A DNA stretch of 61,688 nucleotides from Basidiobolus meristosporus CBS 931.73 (taxonomy: Eukaryota > Fungi > Basidiobolomycota). The DNA lies in NCBI GenBank assembly GCA_002104905.1, contig MCFE01000530.1, positions 1-61,688 of the forward strand, read 5' to 3'. A program made the position numbers and the translations under genes. Positions 47,383 through 60,800 of the stretch are shown in pieces. Positions within the stretch are counted from its first letter, which is position 1; each line of letters opens with the position of its first letter. The notes below the pieces were generated by a model. It searched no databases. It was given only the letters and a program-made list of their open reading frames with translations, and was not told where the DNA came from.

Positions 47383-48811
47383 ATGCGTTGCTTCAGCATC
47401 TACACTCTTACCTTCCTCGGCCTTACTGCTGTCTCCTGTGAGGTACTCACCTCCAACATCGTAGATCCATCCTTCAGGGTGGAGAATTACGACCCAGCCA
47501 CCGACTATTTCCCAGACAAAGTCACATGTACGAGCCACGCCATTTGTATTTACCATAAGATAGCGTATTAATGCATTCCATCCGTTTAGTTAACAATGAC
47601 ACCAAGCGTAGTATTGACTACAGAATGAACTGGAAGTATGTGCAGCTTTCACAGACTGATACGTACATCCTCTACCAGCGCGGGACTCCTCAGCCGGAAC
47701 GTGTCAGCAAGTACGACAAGTTCTTTGAAATCCCGCTGAATCGAGTGGACATTGCGAACTCGACTGCGGCTAGCTATCTAGATGTAAGTTACTATTGACA
47801 CGAATGATTTGGAAGCATTGTCTGACACATGGTTTATTCTAGATGCTAGGCTTAAGTGAGCGTATCGCATCTGTCGAGCCACAATCCTTCACGTCCCCGT
47901 GCATTGCCAACAACAGTTCAAGTGCAAATGTTGATGCACTTTTTTCCCCATCCATATATGCTGATGGAAACAAAACCATCAACATTGTTGAGTACACGTG
48001 GTACACTCCAGTTATGAGATCAGATCTACTCGAAGTTTATTCGGTCTTCTTCAACTTGGAGAAGACTGCCAGCAAGGTCGCACAAGAGATTGAGGACAAC
48101 TATAACTGCGTCAAGAGTGAGGTACAATCGATGACGGCCAAGACTACCCCAAAGATTGCCTGGGTTTATGTATTCGATGATTCACCCTCGGAGAGAGCAT
48201 ACGTTCACTACACTCCGAATCACCTACACTATCTGACGCAGGATAGTGGCGCACAATTACTGGTAGAGTTTGAGGAAAGTAGTACTCCTACAGCTACGGG
48301 ACATCCATTGAATGAGTTCCTTGAAGTCATCAAGGATGCAGATATTGTAGTGGATATGTCAGATTTCATTCACCTGAACATTACCTACCCTACCGTTGAT
48401 GAGGTACTGCAACTGTACAACTTGTCTGTGACTGACACACAGTACAAGTTCATCAGCAACAAGGCAGTATACCGCGTAGACAGAACCCAAACCAAGAGCG
48501 GCGATGCCGATTGGTTCTTCAATGCCGTTGTGATGGCTGATGCTGCACTGCAGGACACAGTGAATATGGTCCACCCTGGCTTCAAGAGTAACTACACTTT
48601 CCACTGGATGCGTAACCTCTTCGATGGTGAAAAGCTTAATGGCACGCAGCAAAGCACTTGTGCTGATCCCAAGGCGCCACTCGCAAATGTAGCCTACAAG
48701 TGTGATGCCAAGATCAAGACTGATACCAACGATGGGGTCAGCTTTTTCAGTCCCAACTCAGCTCTTGTTTACTTCGGGTTGGCTTCCGTTATAGCTGCCT
48801 ATTTGGGCTAG
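47383..48811 (+). CDS. Periplasmic-binding-protein-like (BtuF/CBA1-like) surface protein, copy 1, intact, ~435 aa
   Basis: Exons 47383-47527, 47590-47783, 47843-48811 join in frame. Signal peptide, DYFPDKV, YQRGTP, FEIPL, SPC, FFNLE, KIAWV, DSGA, ADIVVD, DWFF.AV..D, WMRN and a C-terminal hydrophobic (GPI-like) tail. Confidence 0.85.
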
Positions 48812-48989
48812 TGTATTACACACCACCAATACATCAACTATTACTGTGAGTAACTTCTCATAATCGAAGGCAGTTTAATAAATAATTGTATGTCATAACA
48901 TTACGACGATCTCATTGATTTCACAATCTGGATTCAAGTCTTGTCATTATTCACAGCTCTGAGCTAAATTTGTACGGGCGTATAATTTC

Positions 48990-49499
48990 ATTTATTTATC
49001 GAACTGGTCGTCCCAGTTGTAGCGCCCGTCATATCTTTTACCTCCTCACCGACTATTATTGTCGTATCCCCCAAAGCGTCCTCGAATCTAGCATCCGTAT
49101 CTTCCCCACTTAGTCACCCTTCCTCGGCATTCCTCACTAAGCCAGCCTCGCCTCATCTCCACTATTGAGGTCCATGGCCGGCTCCTGAGAATCAGTGACC
49201 GGATTAGCCCCATCTTATCCATATCAAGTATGCTAGAGTTACTCTTTGTTGGGCATACTCTTCGTCGTCCGCTGGGATATAAGGTTCATGATCCTTTACG
49301 CATCTTCCTTCTTTTATGACTTGAGCTCCTGGGCGGTGTATCCGTTCCCAGAATTCTTTGCTGGACTAAGTAATTCGGTGGATGTTGATCATCTGGCCAC
49401 GTTCCCAGGAGCAGCTGAGTCAGTGGTAAACTGCAGTTGAGCACCAATGGCCAGTGTGGCTATTATGAAGGAGAATGGGATTGCCAGTTGTCCGATCAT
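48990..49499 (-). pseudogene. Peptide-precursor pseudogene (unit 2)
   Basis: ATG 49499 retained. Premature TGA at ~49388, and TAG/TGA at Trp positions of the tail. Confidence 0.85.
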
Positions 49500-50501
49500 A
49501 TTCCAGGTCAGATTCTGAGACAGCAGCTCTTAGCAGAACAAAGAAATAAGCTCCAATAAGCCACTATGAGCTAGACAACTCTCTTGAGCGAAAGTCAGTA
49601 ACGGTAGTCTGATGAATTGGTTGTTTTCTGTTTAATGCACCAGCACTTATGATGAACACATGATCGGACTGAAGACTCCAAGATTTGCACTATACGGCTA
49701 ATATATCATGAAAATAAATATAGTGAAGTCTCGGCCGAAATATTTCCGCACCAGATGGAATTTGGTAGGTACGCTTGCTAAGGTGAAATGAAAAGTGGTC
49801 ATATACAAACTACAGTTCTCTTCCTGACAAAACATGCTCAGTCAGTGCACGTAGCCGATGTTTGTGAGGTGTATAGCTTTCAAAATTGTAGTTGTCACTA
49901 AGCGAACAGTAGAGTAGAGCCAAAAATGGTGACCGAATACGCTGTCTCCATCTATTGTTCTGCATGCGACTATACACTGGTATTTTGTTCCGTGGGACCA
50001 GCCAATTACCTATCATTTGTAATTTGGAAGAGCTATGCCAAGCGCCAATTTACCATATTGAGATTGTTTAGCATCCACTAGTGATAGCGTCGCGGCTGTT
50101 GCAACACTGCTGACAAGGAATAGAAGCAACAGTGTTACATACGAGTGTCCTTTCCCTCGTGGTAAATGATGTCGCGTAACTAATTTGAGCATAATAGTTG
50201 GTGTGATCTATCCATATATCTATGCCAAGCGCCAATCTACCATATTGAGATTGTTTGGTGTCCACCAGTGTTAGTTATGTAGCTGTTGCAACACCACTGA
50301 CAAGGAGTGGAAGCAACACTGTTACATACGAATGTTCGATGCCTCGAAGTATAGGAATTCGTGTAACTAATTTGAGCATAATAGTGGGTGTGATCTATCC
50401 TATTTTGTGCCATGGTTCTGGATGATCAGCCAATATGTTCGAATGTACGATGGCCAGTTATTATTTAAGTGTGCAGCACGAAACATCCAACATCAATACA
50501 C

Positions 50502-51987
50502 ATGCGTTGCTTTAGCTTTTACACTCTTACTTTCCTCGGCCTTACTGCAGTCTCCTGTGAGGTACTCACCTCCAACATCGTAGATCCATCCTTCAGGGTG
50601 GAGAATTACGACCCAGCCACCGACTATTTCCCAGACAAAGTCACATGTACGAGTCACTTCGTTTGTATTCACACTGAGATAGCGTATTAATGCATTCCAT
50701 CCGTTTAGTTAACAATGCAACTGAGAGTCGTATCGAATACAGAATGAATTGGAAGTATGTGCAGCTTTCATCTACTAATAGGTACATCCTCTACCAGCGC
50801 GGGACTCCTCAGCCGGAACGTGTCAGCAAGTATGACAAGTTCTTCGAAATCCCGCTGAATCGAGTGAGCATTGCAAATTCGACTGCGGCTAGCTATCTAG
50901 ATGTAAGTTTCTACTGGCATGAATGATTTGGAAGCATTGTCTGACACATGGTTTATCCTAGATGCTAGGCCTAGGTGAACGTATCGCATCTGTCGAGCCA
51001 CAATCCTTTACATCCCCGTGCATTGCCAACAACAGTTCGAGTGCAAATGTTGATGCACTCTTTTCCCCATCCATATATGCCGATGGAAACAAAACCATCA
51101 ACCTTGTTGAGTATACGTGGTACACTCCAGTTATGAGATCAGATCTACTCAAAGTTTATTCGGTCTTCTTCAACCTGGAAAAGACTGCCAACAAGATCAC
51201 ACAGGACATTGAAGGCAACTACAACTGCGTCAAGAGCGAGGTACAATCGATGACGGCTAAGACAACGCCAAAGATTGCTTGGGTCTACATAACCGATGCC
51301 TACACCTTCTCCTCGAACATATCCTACGTCTACTACACTCCGAACTACTTATACTCTCTGACGAAGGATAGTGGCGCTCAACTAATGATGGAATTCGAGG
51401 AAAATTATAGTATTACAGCATTCGGATATCCATTAAATGAGTTCCTTGAAGTCATCAAGGATGCAGACATCATAGTGGAGATGTCAAGTTTCATTCACCA
51501 GAATATCACCTACCCCACAGTTGATGAGGTACTGCACCTGTACAACCTGTCTGTGACTGACACACAATACAAGTTCATCAGCAACAAGGCAGTATACCGC
51601 GTAGACAGAACCCAAACCAAGAGTGGCGATGCCGATTGGTTCTTCAACGCCGTTGTGATGGCTGATGCTGCACTGCAAGACACAGTGAATATGGTCCACC
51701 CTGGCTTCAAGAGTAACTACAATTTCCACTGGATGCGTAACCTTTTCGATGGTGAAAAGCCTAATGGCGCGCAGCAAAGCACTTGTGCTGATCCCAAGGC
51801 ACCACTCGTGAATGTAGCCTACAAGTGTGATGCCAAGATCAAGACTGATACTAACGATGGGGTCAGCATTTTCAGTCCAAGCTCAGCTCTTGTTTACTTC
51901 GGGTTGGCTTCTGTTGTGCTGCCTATTTGGGCTAGTGCATTACACATCATTAATACGTCTACCATTACTGTAAGTAACCTATTATAA
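50502..51987 (+). CDS. BtuF/CBA1-like protein, copy 2; 1-bp deletion alters the C-terminal anchor
   Basis: Exons 50502-50646, 50709-50902, 50962-51987. GTTGTGCTGCC replaces GTTGTAGCTGCC at ~51917, giving the tail VVLPIWASALH... instead of VVAAYLG*. Confidence 0.8.
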
Positions 51988-52169
51988 TCGAAGGTAGTCT
52001 AATAAATAATTGTAAGTCATAACATTATGTCGATCTCATTGATTTGATGATCTGGCTTCAAGTCTTGTCATTATTCACAACTCTAAGTTGGTGTTGTGTG
52101 AGTGTATTGCTGCATGTTCGAAAGAGTATCACAGTGATTATACCGAATTACTGGTTGTTCACTTATCAA

Positions 52170-52529
52170 ACTAGCAGTCTTTGAACCTGCCATACCCTTG
52201 ACCTTCCCACCGAGCATAGTTAGTATATATCCCGTGGCGTCCTCAAACCTAGTAACCATGTCTCCAGCGACCGTATCTTCCCCACTTAGTAATGTTTCCT
52301 TAAAATTCCTCTCTAAATTGCCCTTATCCTCCGCTCAACTTTTGTCGTCGATGGTGGTATCCCTGTATCGAGGACTGAATGAGCTCTTGTCTTTTAAATG
52401 TCAAGTATGTTTGAGAGTGGAGAATACTCCTTCTGGTACATGCTGCTTGTCGTTTGGTGGTAAATAAGGCTCATGGTTCGTTACGCGTCTTCCTTCTTGC
52501 TTGACTTGAGCTCCTGGACGGTGCATCCG
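52170..52529 (-). pseudogene. Peptide-precursor fragment (unit 3)
   Basis: Homologous to the C-terminal two thirds of the 45862-46380 gene; 5' part deleted. Confidence 0.75.
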
Positions 52530-52849
52530 ACTACACACTATAATATCATTCTATCTGACCAGCAAAATTTCTTTCATTTGAGAGAGTAATGTCAAGTACG
52601 GATCTACCATATAGAGATTGTTATCCAACAGTAGTATTGATTTGGAGATCGTAACACCACTGATAAGGAAAACAAACAACAGTGTCACTTGCATATGATC
52701 TTAGCCTATTGTTAAAGAAACTCATGTAGCTCATTTGATCACAGCAGTTGATGTCTAAATTGTCCGACGTTTCTTGTGGATCAGCTAATGTGTTTGAAGG
52801 CTATGATGTTATGTAAGTGTTCAGCATACTACATACAACATCAGTACAC

Positions 52850-53296
52850 ATACGGTGCTTATGCACCTACATTCTGCCTTTCCTCGGCCTTACTACCGTT
52901 TCTTGTAAGAAACTCACCTCCAACATTGTAGATCCAGCATTCAAGATAGAGCTTTACGACTCAGCCTCCAACAATTTCCCAGACAAAGTCACATGTATGA
53001 GTCACTTAATTCGTAGCAACGCTAAGTGAACTTACTGATCCATTCCATTCATTTAGTTGACGCCCCAATGGAGAATCGTATTTATTACCAAAAGAGCTGG
53101 AAGTATCTACAGCTTTTCTATTAGACTTGAATCTTTTATCAGCGCGGCACTCCTCGGCCTTCTCAATGCAATATGGTACCACTTCAGCTTCTTGGTTTAT
53201 AAGTGTGATACTAATGATGGAGTTGGCTTTTTCAACTCAAGGTCGGCTCTTGTTTACTCGTTTTCAGCTTCTATTGTAGCCATCTATCTGGGCTAT
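52850..53296 (+). pseudogene. BtuF/CBA1-like pseudogene, copy 3
   Basis: Start codon reads ATA at 52850. Exon 1 is recognisable; a large deletion fuses exon 2 to the last ~40 codons (YKCDTNDGVGFF). Confidence 0.85.
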
Positions 53297-54048
53297 GGTA
53301 TTACGCGTCTTCACTATACTGTCTATCACAGCATCAAGCTATTTTAGTCTCAAGTTATCTAATAAATAGTTGAATGTAATATCATTGTAGTTCATCCCTA
53401 CAATTTCGAACTTCTCCTCAAGCATTGTCTTTGCTCACTGGTCCGGCATAGATATATGTGGATGTATAGGTATGAAATAATTGTTGGTTCATTTATTTAT
53501 GAAGCCCGCTATACCTTCTACCTTACAAGTCTAAGTATTTTTACCGTCAATGCCAGGTCTGACCCTCTATATGGCTGAGATATCATGAAGTTGAATATAG
53601 TGAAGTCTTAGCCGAGGTATTTCAAGTTTCGAGATGACAACTGTCAGCAAGAGAGCAGTGAAGTAGGCCCAAAAACGATGGCTGAATATGCAGTCCCCAT
53701 ATGTTATTCTCTATGTGGCTATCCACCAGAATCTTGTTCTGTCCGCCCGTCTTCCATTTGGAACAGAAATGCCAAGCGCCAATCTACCATATAGAGGTTG
53801 TTTAGTATCCACGAGTGATAGCGATGTGGCTATTACATCATCACTGACAAGGAGTGGAAGCAACAGTGTTACATATGAGTGTTCTTTTCCTCGCGATAAA
53901 TGATCTCGTGTAACTAATTGGGGCGTAACAGATGGTGCAATCTATCCTAATTTCTGCGATAGTTCTGGATGATCAGCCAATGTGTTCGAATGTACAATGA
54001 TCAGATTGCATTTAAATGTGCAGCACGAAGCATCCAACATCAATACAC

Positions 54049-55392
54049 ATGCGTTGCTTCAGCATTTGCACTCTTACTTTCCTCGGCCTTACTGCTGTCT
54101 CTTGTGAGGTACTCACCTCGAACATCGTAGATCCATCCTTCACAGTAGAGAATTATGACCCAGCCACCGACTATTTCCCAGACAAAGTCACATGTACAAG
54201 TCACGTCATTTGTATTCACACTGAGATAACCTACTAATGCATTCCGTCCATTTAGTTAACAATGCAACAAAGAGCCGTATCGAATACAGAATGAACTGGA
54301 AGTATGTGCAGCTTTCAAGTATTCACAAGTATATCCTCTACCAGCGTGGGACTCCTCAACCAGAGCGAATCAGCCAATACGACGAGTTCTTTGAAATCCC
54401 GCTGAATCGAGTGGAAGTTGTGAACTCGACTGCGGTTAGCTATCTTGATGTGAGTTCTTACTAATACGAATGATTTAGAAGCATTTCCTGACACATGGTT
54501 ATCATAGATGCTAGGCCTAGGTGAGCGTATCGTGTCTGCCGAACCACAATACCTCACATCCCCGTGCATTGCCAATAGTAATTCAGGGGTAAACGTTGAT
54601 GCACTTTTTTCCCCAGACAGATATATCGTTGGGAACAAAACCATCCACATTACTGAGGATCCGTGGTACAGTCCACTTGTGAGATCAGATTTACTCAAAA
54701 TTTATTCTGTCTTCTTCAACCTGGAGAAGACCGCCAATAAGATCACACGGGAGATCGAGGACAACTATAACTGCGTTAAGAGCGAGGTAGGGTCGATGAA
54801 GGCCAAGACAATGCCAAAGATTGCTTGGATCTATAGATCCGATTATTACAAATATCACGGCTCGGATGTGTACTACGTTTACTCCACAACGAGCTACTTG
54901 GGCTCTCTGATGCAGGATAGTGGCGCACAATTAATAGAGTTTGACGAAGATAACGGCGCTTTGGCTCACGGATATAAAAATTTGAATGAGTTCCTAGATG
55001 TCATCAAGGACGCAGACATTGTAGTGGAAATATCAGATTTCATTCACCAGAACATTACCTACCCTACGGTTGATGAGGTATTGCAACTATACAACCTGTC
55101 CGTGGCTGACACACAATATAAGTTCATCAGCAACAAGGCAGTATACCGTGTAGATAGAATACAAACCAAGGGCGGTGATGTCGATTGGTACTTCAATGCA
55201 GTTGTGATGGCTGATGCTGCTCTGCAAGACACAGTGAATATGGCTCACCATGACTTCAAGAGTAACTACACTTTCCACTGGATGCGTAGCCTTTTCGACG
55301 ACGAGAAGCTCGATGGTCCGAAGCACAGCACTTGTATTGATCCCAAGGCGCCACTAGCAAACGTGGCCTACAAATGTGATGCCAGGATCTAG
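54049..55392 (+). CDS. BtuF/CBA1-like protein, copy 4; premature stop removes the hydrophobic tail
   Basis: Three exons in frame. TAG at 55390-55392 sits where paralogs have AAG, while the downstream anchor-coding frame is still recognisable. Confidence 0.75.
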
Positions 55393-55599
55393 ATAATTAC
55401 TAACAATGGGATTGGTTTTTTAATCTATGTTCGACTGTTGCTTACTTCGGGCTGGCTTCTCTTGCAGCTACCTGTCTGAAATAGTGTAATTTATGTATTC
55501 ACCATAGTGCCTGCTACTGTATCTAACCTCACTGTATCCATCAAACGATCAACCATAATGTCGAATTATTTAGAAAGTAACAAATAACTTCATGATTCA

Positions 55600-55932
55600 G
55601 TTTACTTGGGATTCTTCGAGTCGCTTTTGTGGTATATGGTTGGATACTTGGAAGCAGAGATATCATCAGTTCTCCTATTTATAAATTCCTTCTGCATGCT
55701 TTGAGTCATTTGATGGTAAGTAAGGTTCATGATCCTCGACATATCTTGCTTAACTGGGACTCCCGGAGGATATATCCGTCCTCGGGGTTTTGTGTAGGAC
55801 TAAATGAATCGGTAGATACAGGTTCGGTGTCTATATCTTTTTGAGTGTCTTGGTCAGTTATGGAATGCAGTGAAATACCCGTGGTCAGTGTGGCTATTAG
55901 GAGGTTGAGTGGGATTGCTAGTTGGCTGATCT
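55600..55932 (-). pseudogene. Peptide-precursor fragment (N-terminal part)
   Basis: Reads ISQLAIPLNLLIATLTTG...QNPEDGY; start codon lost and C-terminus missing. Confidence 0.75.
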
Positions 55933-56755
55933 TATCGCAGGTCAGGTTCCACGGCATTGGCCCTCATGACAAAGGCAATGAGCTACCCTTAATCAAGTAG
56001 AGATATTTGGAATACAATTGGGTCTGTAGCAAAGATTGACGGGAGTTTGATGGATCAAATATTCATATCTCAGTGTTGTTCACGCATCTGATAGATCATG
56101 ACCTGCGAAAAAGCTTTGGATTGTATTGTTGCTGCGACGAATATATGGAGAAGTAATACACCAGACAATTACCGCCAGTACTAAGCCTGACATTCAAATA
56201 GCGTGGCTACTCACAATAACAGTAAGATTAGCTAACATGTCATATTATGAATAGTCTCTGAAAGGTGGTGTAGGAGTGATTAGCAGAGCAAGTACAAGAA
56301 TCTTTTGGCTCTCATTATGGACCTAACGTTTCCGGTGTGTACTGTCAGTATAATGGGTTCATTCAAAGGGTAATAGTACATATAATTGGTGGCTGTGGAC
56401 AGCCTAACAATAAAGCGGAACCAAAAACTCTAGCCTAGAGGTGGGAGCTGCAGCGTCCAAGTGATTCTATTTTCCACTGGATGCATAAATACCAGTGATG
56501 GTCTTGGCTCTTGCAATACAAACTCAGCCCTTATTTAATTCGGATTAGCTAGGCTAGTATATTTCAAATATTCTCTGTACGGGCTATTACTTTATGTAAC
56601 CTATATGTCAAAGGTAATCTAACAACATTTCATGATTTAATTTCGAGAATCGTCTTTGTTCTTTGATCCGAGATAGATATGTGTGGATGTATGGATGCCG
56701 CACTACCAGCATGATGAAAGGAACATCACAAGTGTGTAGTGAAATGACTGGTTCA

Positions 56756-57266
56756 TTTATTTATGAAATCAGCAGTCCTAGTCGTAGCTCCCGCCATATC
56801 TTCTACCTCCCCACCGACTATACCCACCATATCTCCCAGTATTCACGTCTCCAGCGACCATAATTGCCCCCAAAGCTCAGCTTCCTCGGGGTTGATCTCA
56901 GAAATACCCTCACCCTCACCTTCATCTCCACCTTTGCTGCCTATAGTGGGATCCTTTGGATCGGAGGCAGTACCAGTCTTCACCTCATCTACGTCAAGCA
57001 TGTTCGAGAGTGGGGTATACTCCTTCTTTTGCATGCTGTTTGTCATCTGCTGGAGAATAAGGTCCATGATCCTTGATGCGTCTTCCCTCTTGTTTGACTT
57101 GAACTCCCGGATGGTATATCCATCATCGCGATTCTGTGCTGAGCAAAGGGACTCGCTGAAGGGCCACCTTTCTGAGGGAAGCTGGGTCAGTGGTAGACTG
57201 CAGCTGAGCGCCCATGACCAGTATGGCTAGTAGAATAGAGAATGGGCTTGCTAGTTGGCTGATCAT
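56756..57266 (-). pseudogene. Peptide-precursor pseudogene (unit 5)
   Basis: ATG 57266 retained. A deletion frameshift after the signal peptide, a +1 shift at ELWG, a deletion inside the tail and TGG>TAG in CYDWDC. Confidence 0.85.
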
Positions 57267-58129
57267 ATCCCAGTTCGAGTTCTGAGGCATTAGTTTAAAG
57301 CAGAACAAACTTTTGTTATAGCACTAGAATATATCATATGGTTTGATAAGCCTAGTCAGTTTAATGAAAACGGTATATGATCCCTAGCGAGCTACTCTGG
57401 ATCAGGCAATTCTCTGGTGTAAAGAGGAGTGACGGTTTTCCGATGAATTCGTTGTTTTCTATTCAATATACCAGCGTTTTATCACACGATCCTGTCTTTA
57501 TGATGAGTATATGATCAGACTAAGGATTCAGATATTTGTTATACGTACAATTGGATATAAAGAACTCGAAATGGTAACTGTTGGCAAAAATTTAGGCCAA
57601 AAATCGTGGTCAAATATACTGTCTCCACAGGATACTTTGTGTGTGACTATACACTGGAATATTGTTCTATCTGACCAACCAATTACCTATTATTTGGAAA
57701 AGCGATGTCAAGCACCAATCTACCATATTGAGATTGTTTGGTATTCACCAGTGATAGTGATGTAATTACTGCAACATCACCGATAAGGAATGGAAGCAAC
57801 ATTGTTACATACAGAGCGTTCCATGCCTCGTGGTAAATGATCTTGTGTAACTAACTTGAGCACAATAGTTGGTGTGATCTATCCTATTTTGCGCGATAGC
57901 TCTGGGTAAACTATTGCAACACCACTGACAAGGAGTGGAAGTAACACTGTTACATACGAATGTTCGATGCCTCGAAGTATAGGAATTCGTGTAACTAGTT
58001 TGTGCATAATAGTGGGTGTGATCTATCCTATTTTGTGCCATGGTTCTGGATGATCAGCCAATATGTTCGAATGTACGATGGCCAGTTATTATTTGAGTGT
58101 GCAGCACGAAACATCCAACATCAATACAC

Positions 58130-59567
58130 ATGCGTTGCTTTAGCTTTTACACTCTTACTTTCCTCGGCCTTACTGCTGTCTCCTGTGAGGTACTCACCTC
58201 CAACATCGTAGATCCATCCTTCAGGGTGGAGAATTACGACCCAGCCACCGACTATTTCCCAGACAAAGTCACATGTACGAGTCACTTCATCTGTATTCAC
58301 ACTAAGATGGCTTACTAATGCATTCCGTTCGCTTAGTCAATAATGAAACAGAGAGCCGTATCGAATACAGAATGAATTGGAAGTATGTGCAGCTTTCACC
58401 GACTAATAGGTACATCCTCTACCAGCGCGGGACTCCTCAGCCGGAACGTGTCAGCAAGTATGACAAGTTCTTCGAAATCCCGCTGAATCGAGTGAGCATT
58501 GCAAATTCGACCGCGGCTAGCTTTTTAGATGTGAGTTACCATTGATGGCTCATTTGATAACATCGATTTGGTAGCAATTTCTGACATGCTTATTCTAGAT
58601 GCTTGGCCTAGGTGAACGTATCGTATCTGTCGAGCCACAATACTTTACATCCCCGTGTATTGCCAACAACAATTCAGGGTCAAATGTTGGAGCCTACTTT
58701 GCCCCAGGTGTAAATGCTGATAGGAACGATACCATCAACATCTATGAGTTGACGATGTCCAGGCCACTCACGAGGTCGGATTTGCTCAAGACTTATTCGG
58801 TTTTCTTTAACCTGGAGAAGACCGCCAACAAGATCACACAGGACATTGAGGGCAACTATAACTGCGTCAAGAGCGAGGTACAGTCGATGACGGCTAAGAC
58901 AACGCCAAAGATTGCTTGGGTCTATATAATCGATTATTTAACCTCAAGAATATCATACGTTCTCTACACTCCAAACTACCTACACTATCTGATGCGGGAT
59001 AGTGGCGCACAATCAATAATAGAGTTTGAGGAAAACAATGGTATTTCAGCTTTTGGGAATCCATTGAATGAAGTCCTAGAAGTCATCAAGGATGCAGACA
59101 TCTTAGTAGATATGTCAAGTTTCATTCACCTGAACATTACCTATCCTAAGGTTGATGAGGTACTGCACCTGTACAACCTGTCTGTGGCTGACACACAATA
59201 CAAGTTCATCAGCAACAAGGCAGTATACCGCGTAGACAGAACCCAAACCAAGAGCGGCGATGCCGATTGGTTCTTCAATGCTGTTGTGATGGCTGATGCT
59301 GCACTCCAGGACACAGTGAATATGGTCCACCCTGGCTTCAAGAGTAACTACACTTTCCACTGGATGCGTAACCTTTTCGATGGTGAGAAGCTGAACGGTA
59401 CGCAGCAAGGCACTTGTATCGATCCTAAGGCGTCACTTGCAAATGTGGCATACAAGTGTGACGCCAAGATCAAGACTGATACCAACGATGGGGTTAGCCT
59501 TTTCAGTCCCAGCTCAGCTCTTGTTTACTTCGGGTTGGCTTCTGTTGTAGCTGCCTATTTGGGCTAG
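58130..59567 (+). CDS. BtuF/CBA1-like protein, copy 5, intact
   Basis: Exons 58130-58274, 58337-58530, 58599-59567 in frame; ends VVAAYLG*. Confidence 0.85.
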
Positions 59568-59786
59568 TGCATTACACATCACCAATATAGCAACTATTAC
59601 TGTAGGTAACCGGTTATAATCGAAGGCAATCTCATAAATAATTTTATATCGTAACATTATGGCGATCTCATTGATTTCACGATCTGGATTCAAGTCTTGT
59701 CATTATGCACAGTTCTGAGCTAGATTAGTGTGTGCGTGTTGGGGACAAGTATCACAGCGATATGAAATTACTGATTCATTTATTTA

Positions 59787-60026
59787 TCAAACAGGTAGTC
59801 CCAGTTGTAGTACCAGCCGTATCTCCCAAAACGTCCTCGAGCCTAGTAATCATGATTTCACTTAGTAACCTATCCATAGCGTTTGTGCTGGTCTGAGTGA
59901 TTCGGTGAATGTCAACCTAATAGCAATGTTGCTGAGAGGAGGTGGACCAATGGTGAAATGTAATTTTGCACCCATTGTCATGGTTACCATTGAGAGTGTG
60001 AATGGGATTGCTAGTTCTCGGATTAT
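59787..60026 (-). pseudogene. Peptide-precursor remnant (unit 6)
   Basis: Start codon reads ATA. The signal-peptide region is fused by deletion to the tail remnant. Confidence 0.75.
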
Positions 60027-60800
60027 GTACTTGCTAGGGTTCAGCCGTATCTATCAAGAGGCTTTATGTTGGGATGGGAGCACCTCTTGATGCTTAGTTA
60101 GCGGGGAAGGATTAATGAGATGGCACATATGTCATACCGGAAGGCATATTATCAGAGCTTTTCTTCTAAGCTGAGGTATACTATGATTTGAGTTGAGGGG
60201 AGTAAAATAAGTCTAACGGGTAGGCTTGTACGTAGTCTTTCCTGAGGTATAAAGAGCCAGAGTCGTTATAAATATCAGCAAAAGCCCCAGTAGTCGCAGA
60301 GGGCCACAGCTAGTGTATATATAAGTTCAGATATGCAAGTAGACGTTTATCTAGATGAAGGCTGTAAGCTATACTACAAATCGTTTTCACCCAAGGCAAT
60401 GGCTATAATATTCATCCAATCTATCTCATTAACTGTCAGCTTTTTGGAAGTTGTTCCTCGGTGCAGTGAATTGATTTTCCATAGATGGTTATTTGACATC
60501 CACGAATGGTGCTTGCAAGATTTGTAGCCCCAATTGGCTCGTAAAGAAACGTATCTAACTTGTTTCATCACATCATCAACGGAATCTATCCTAATTAGTG
60601 GGATGTTTCCGGTGGACCAACTAATGTGTTCCAATGTGTAAATGGCCAGATGATATATCTTGCTACTTGTGTAAGTAATTTGATCACAATAGTTAGTGCC
60701 CTATTTGTCCATATTTTTGGATGATCAGCCAATGTGTTCGAATGTACAATGGCCAGATATTATTTAAGTGTGCATCACGAAACATCCAACATCAATACAC

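Noticed and set aside
46911-58030. Repeated modules suggesting a CRISPR-like array
   Set aside because: Units are ~185 bp with no unique spacers and no cas genes; the context is eukaryotic.
48359-59408. Repeated antisense ORFs (for example 48359-48652, 51484-51777, 59115-59408) conserved across units
   Set aside because: They are shadows of the conserved sense CDS of the binding-protein genes.
60374-60634. 86-aa minus-strand ORF in the unit 6 intergenic region
   Set aside because: No motif, no paralog in other units and no splice support.
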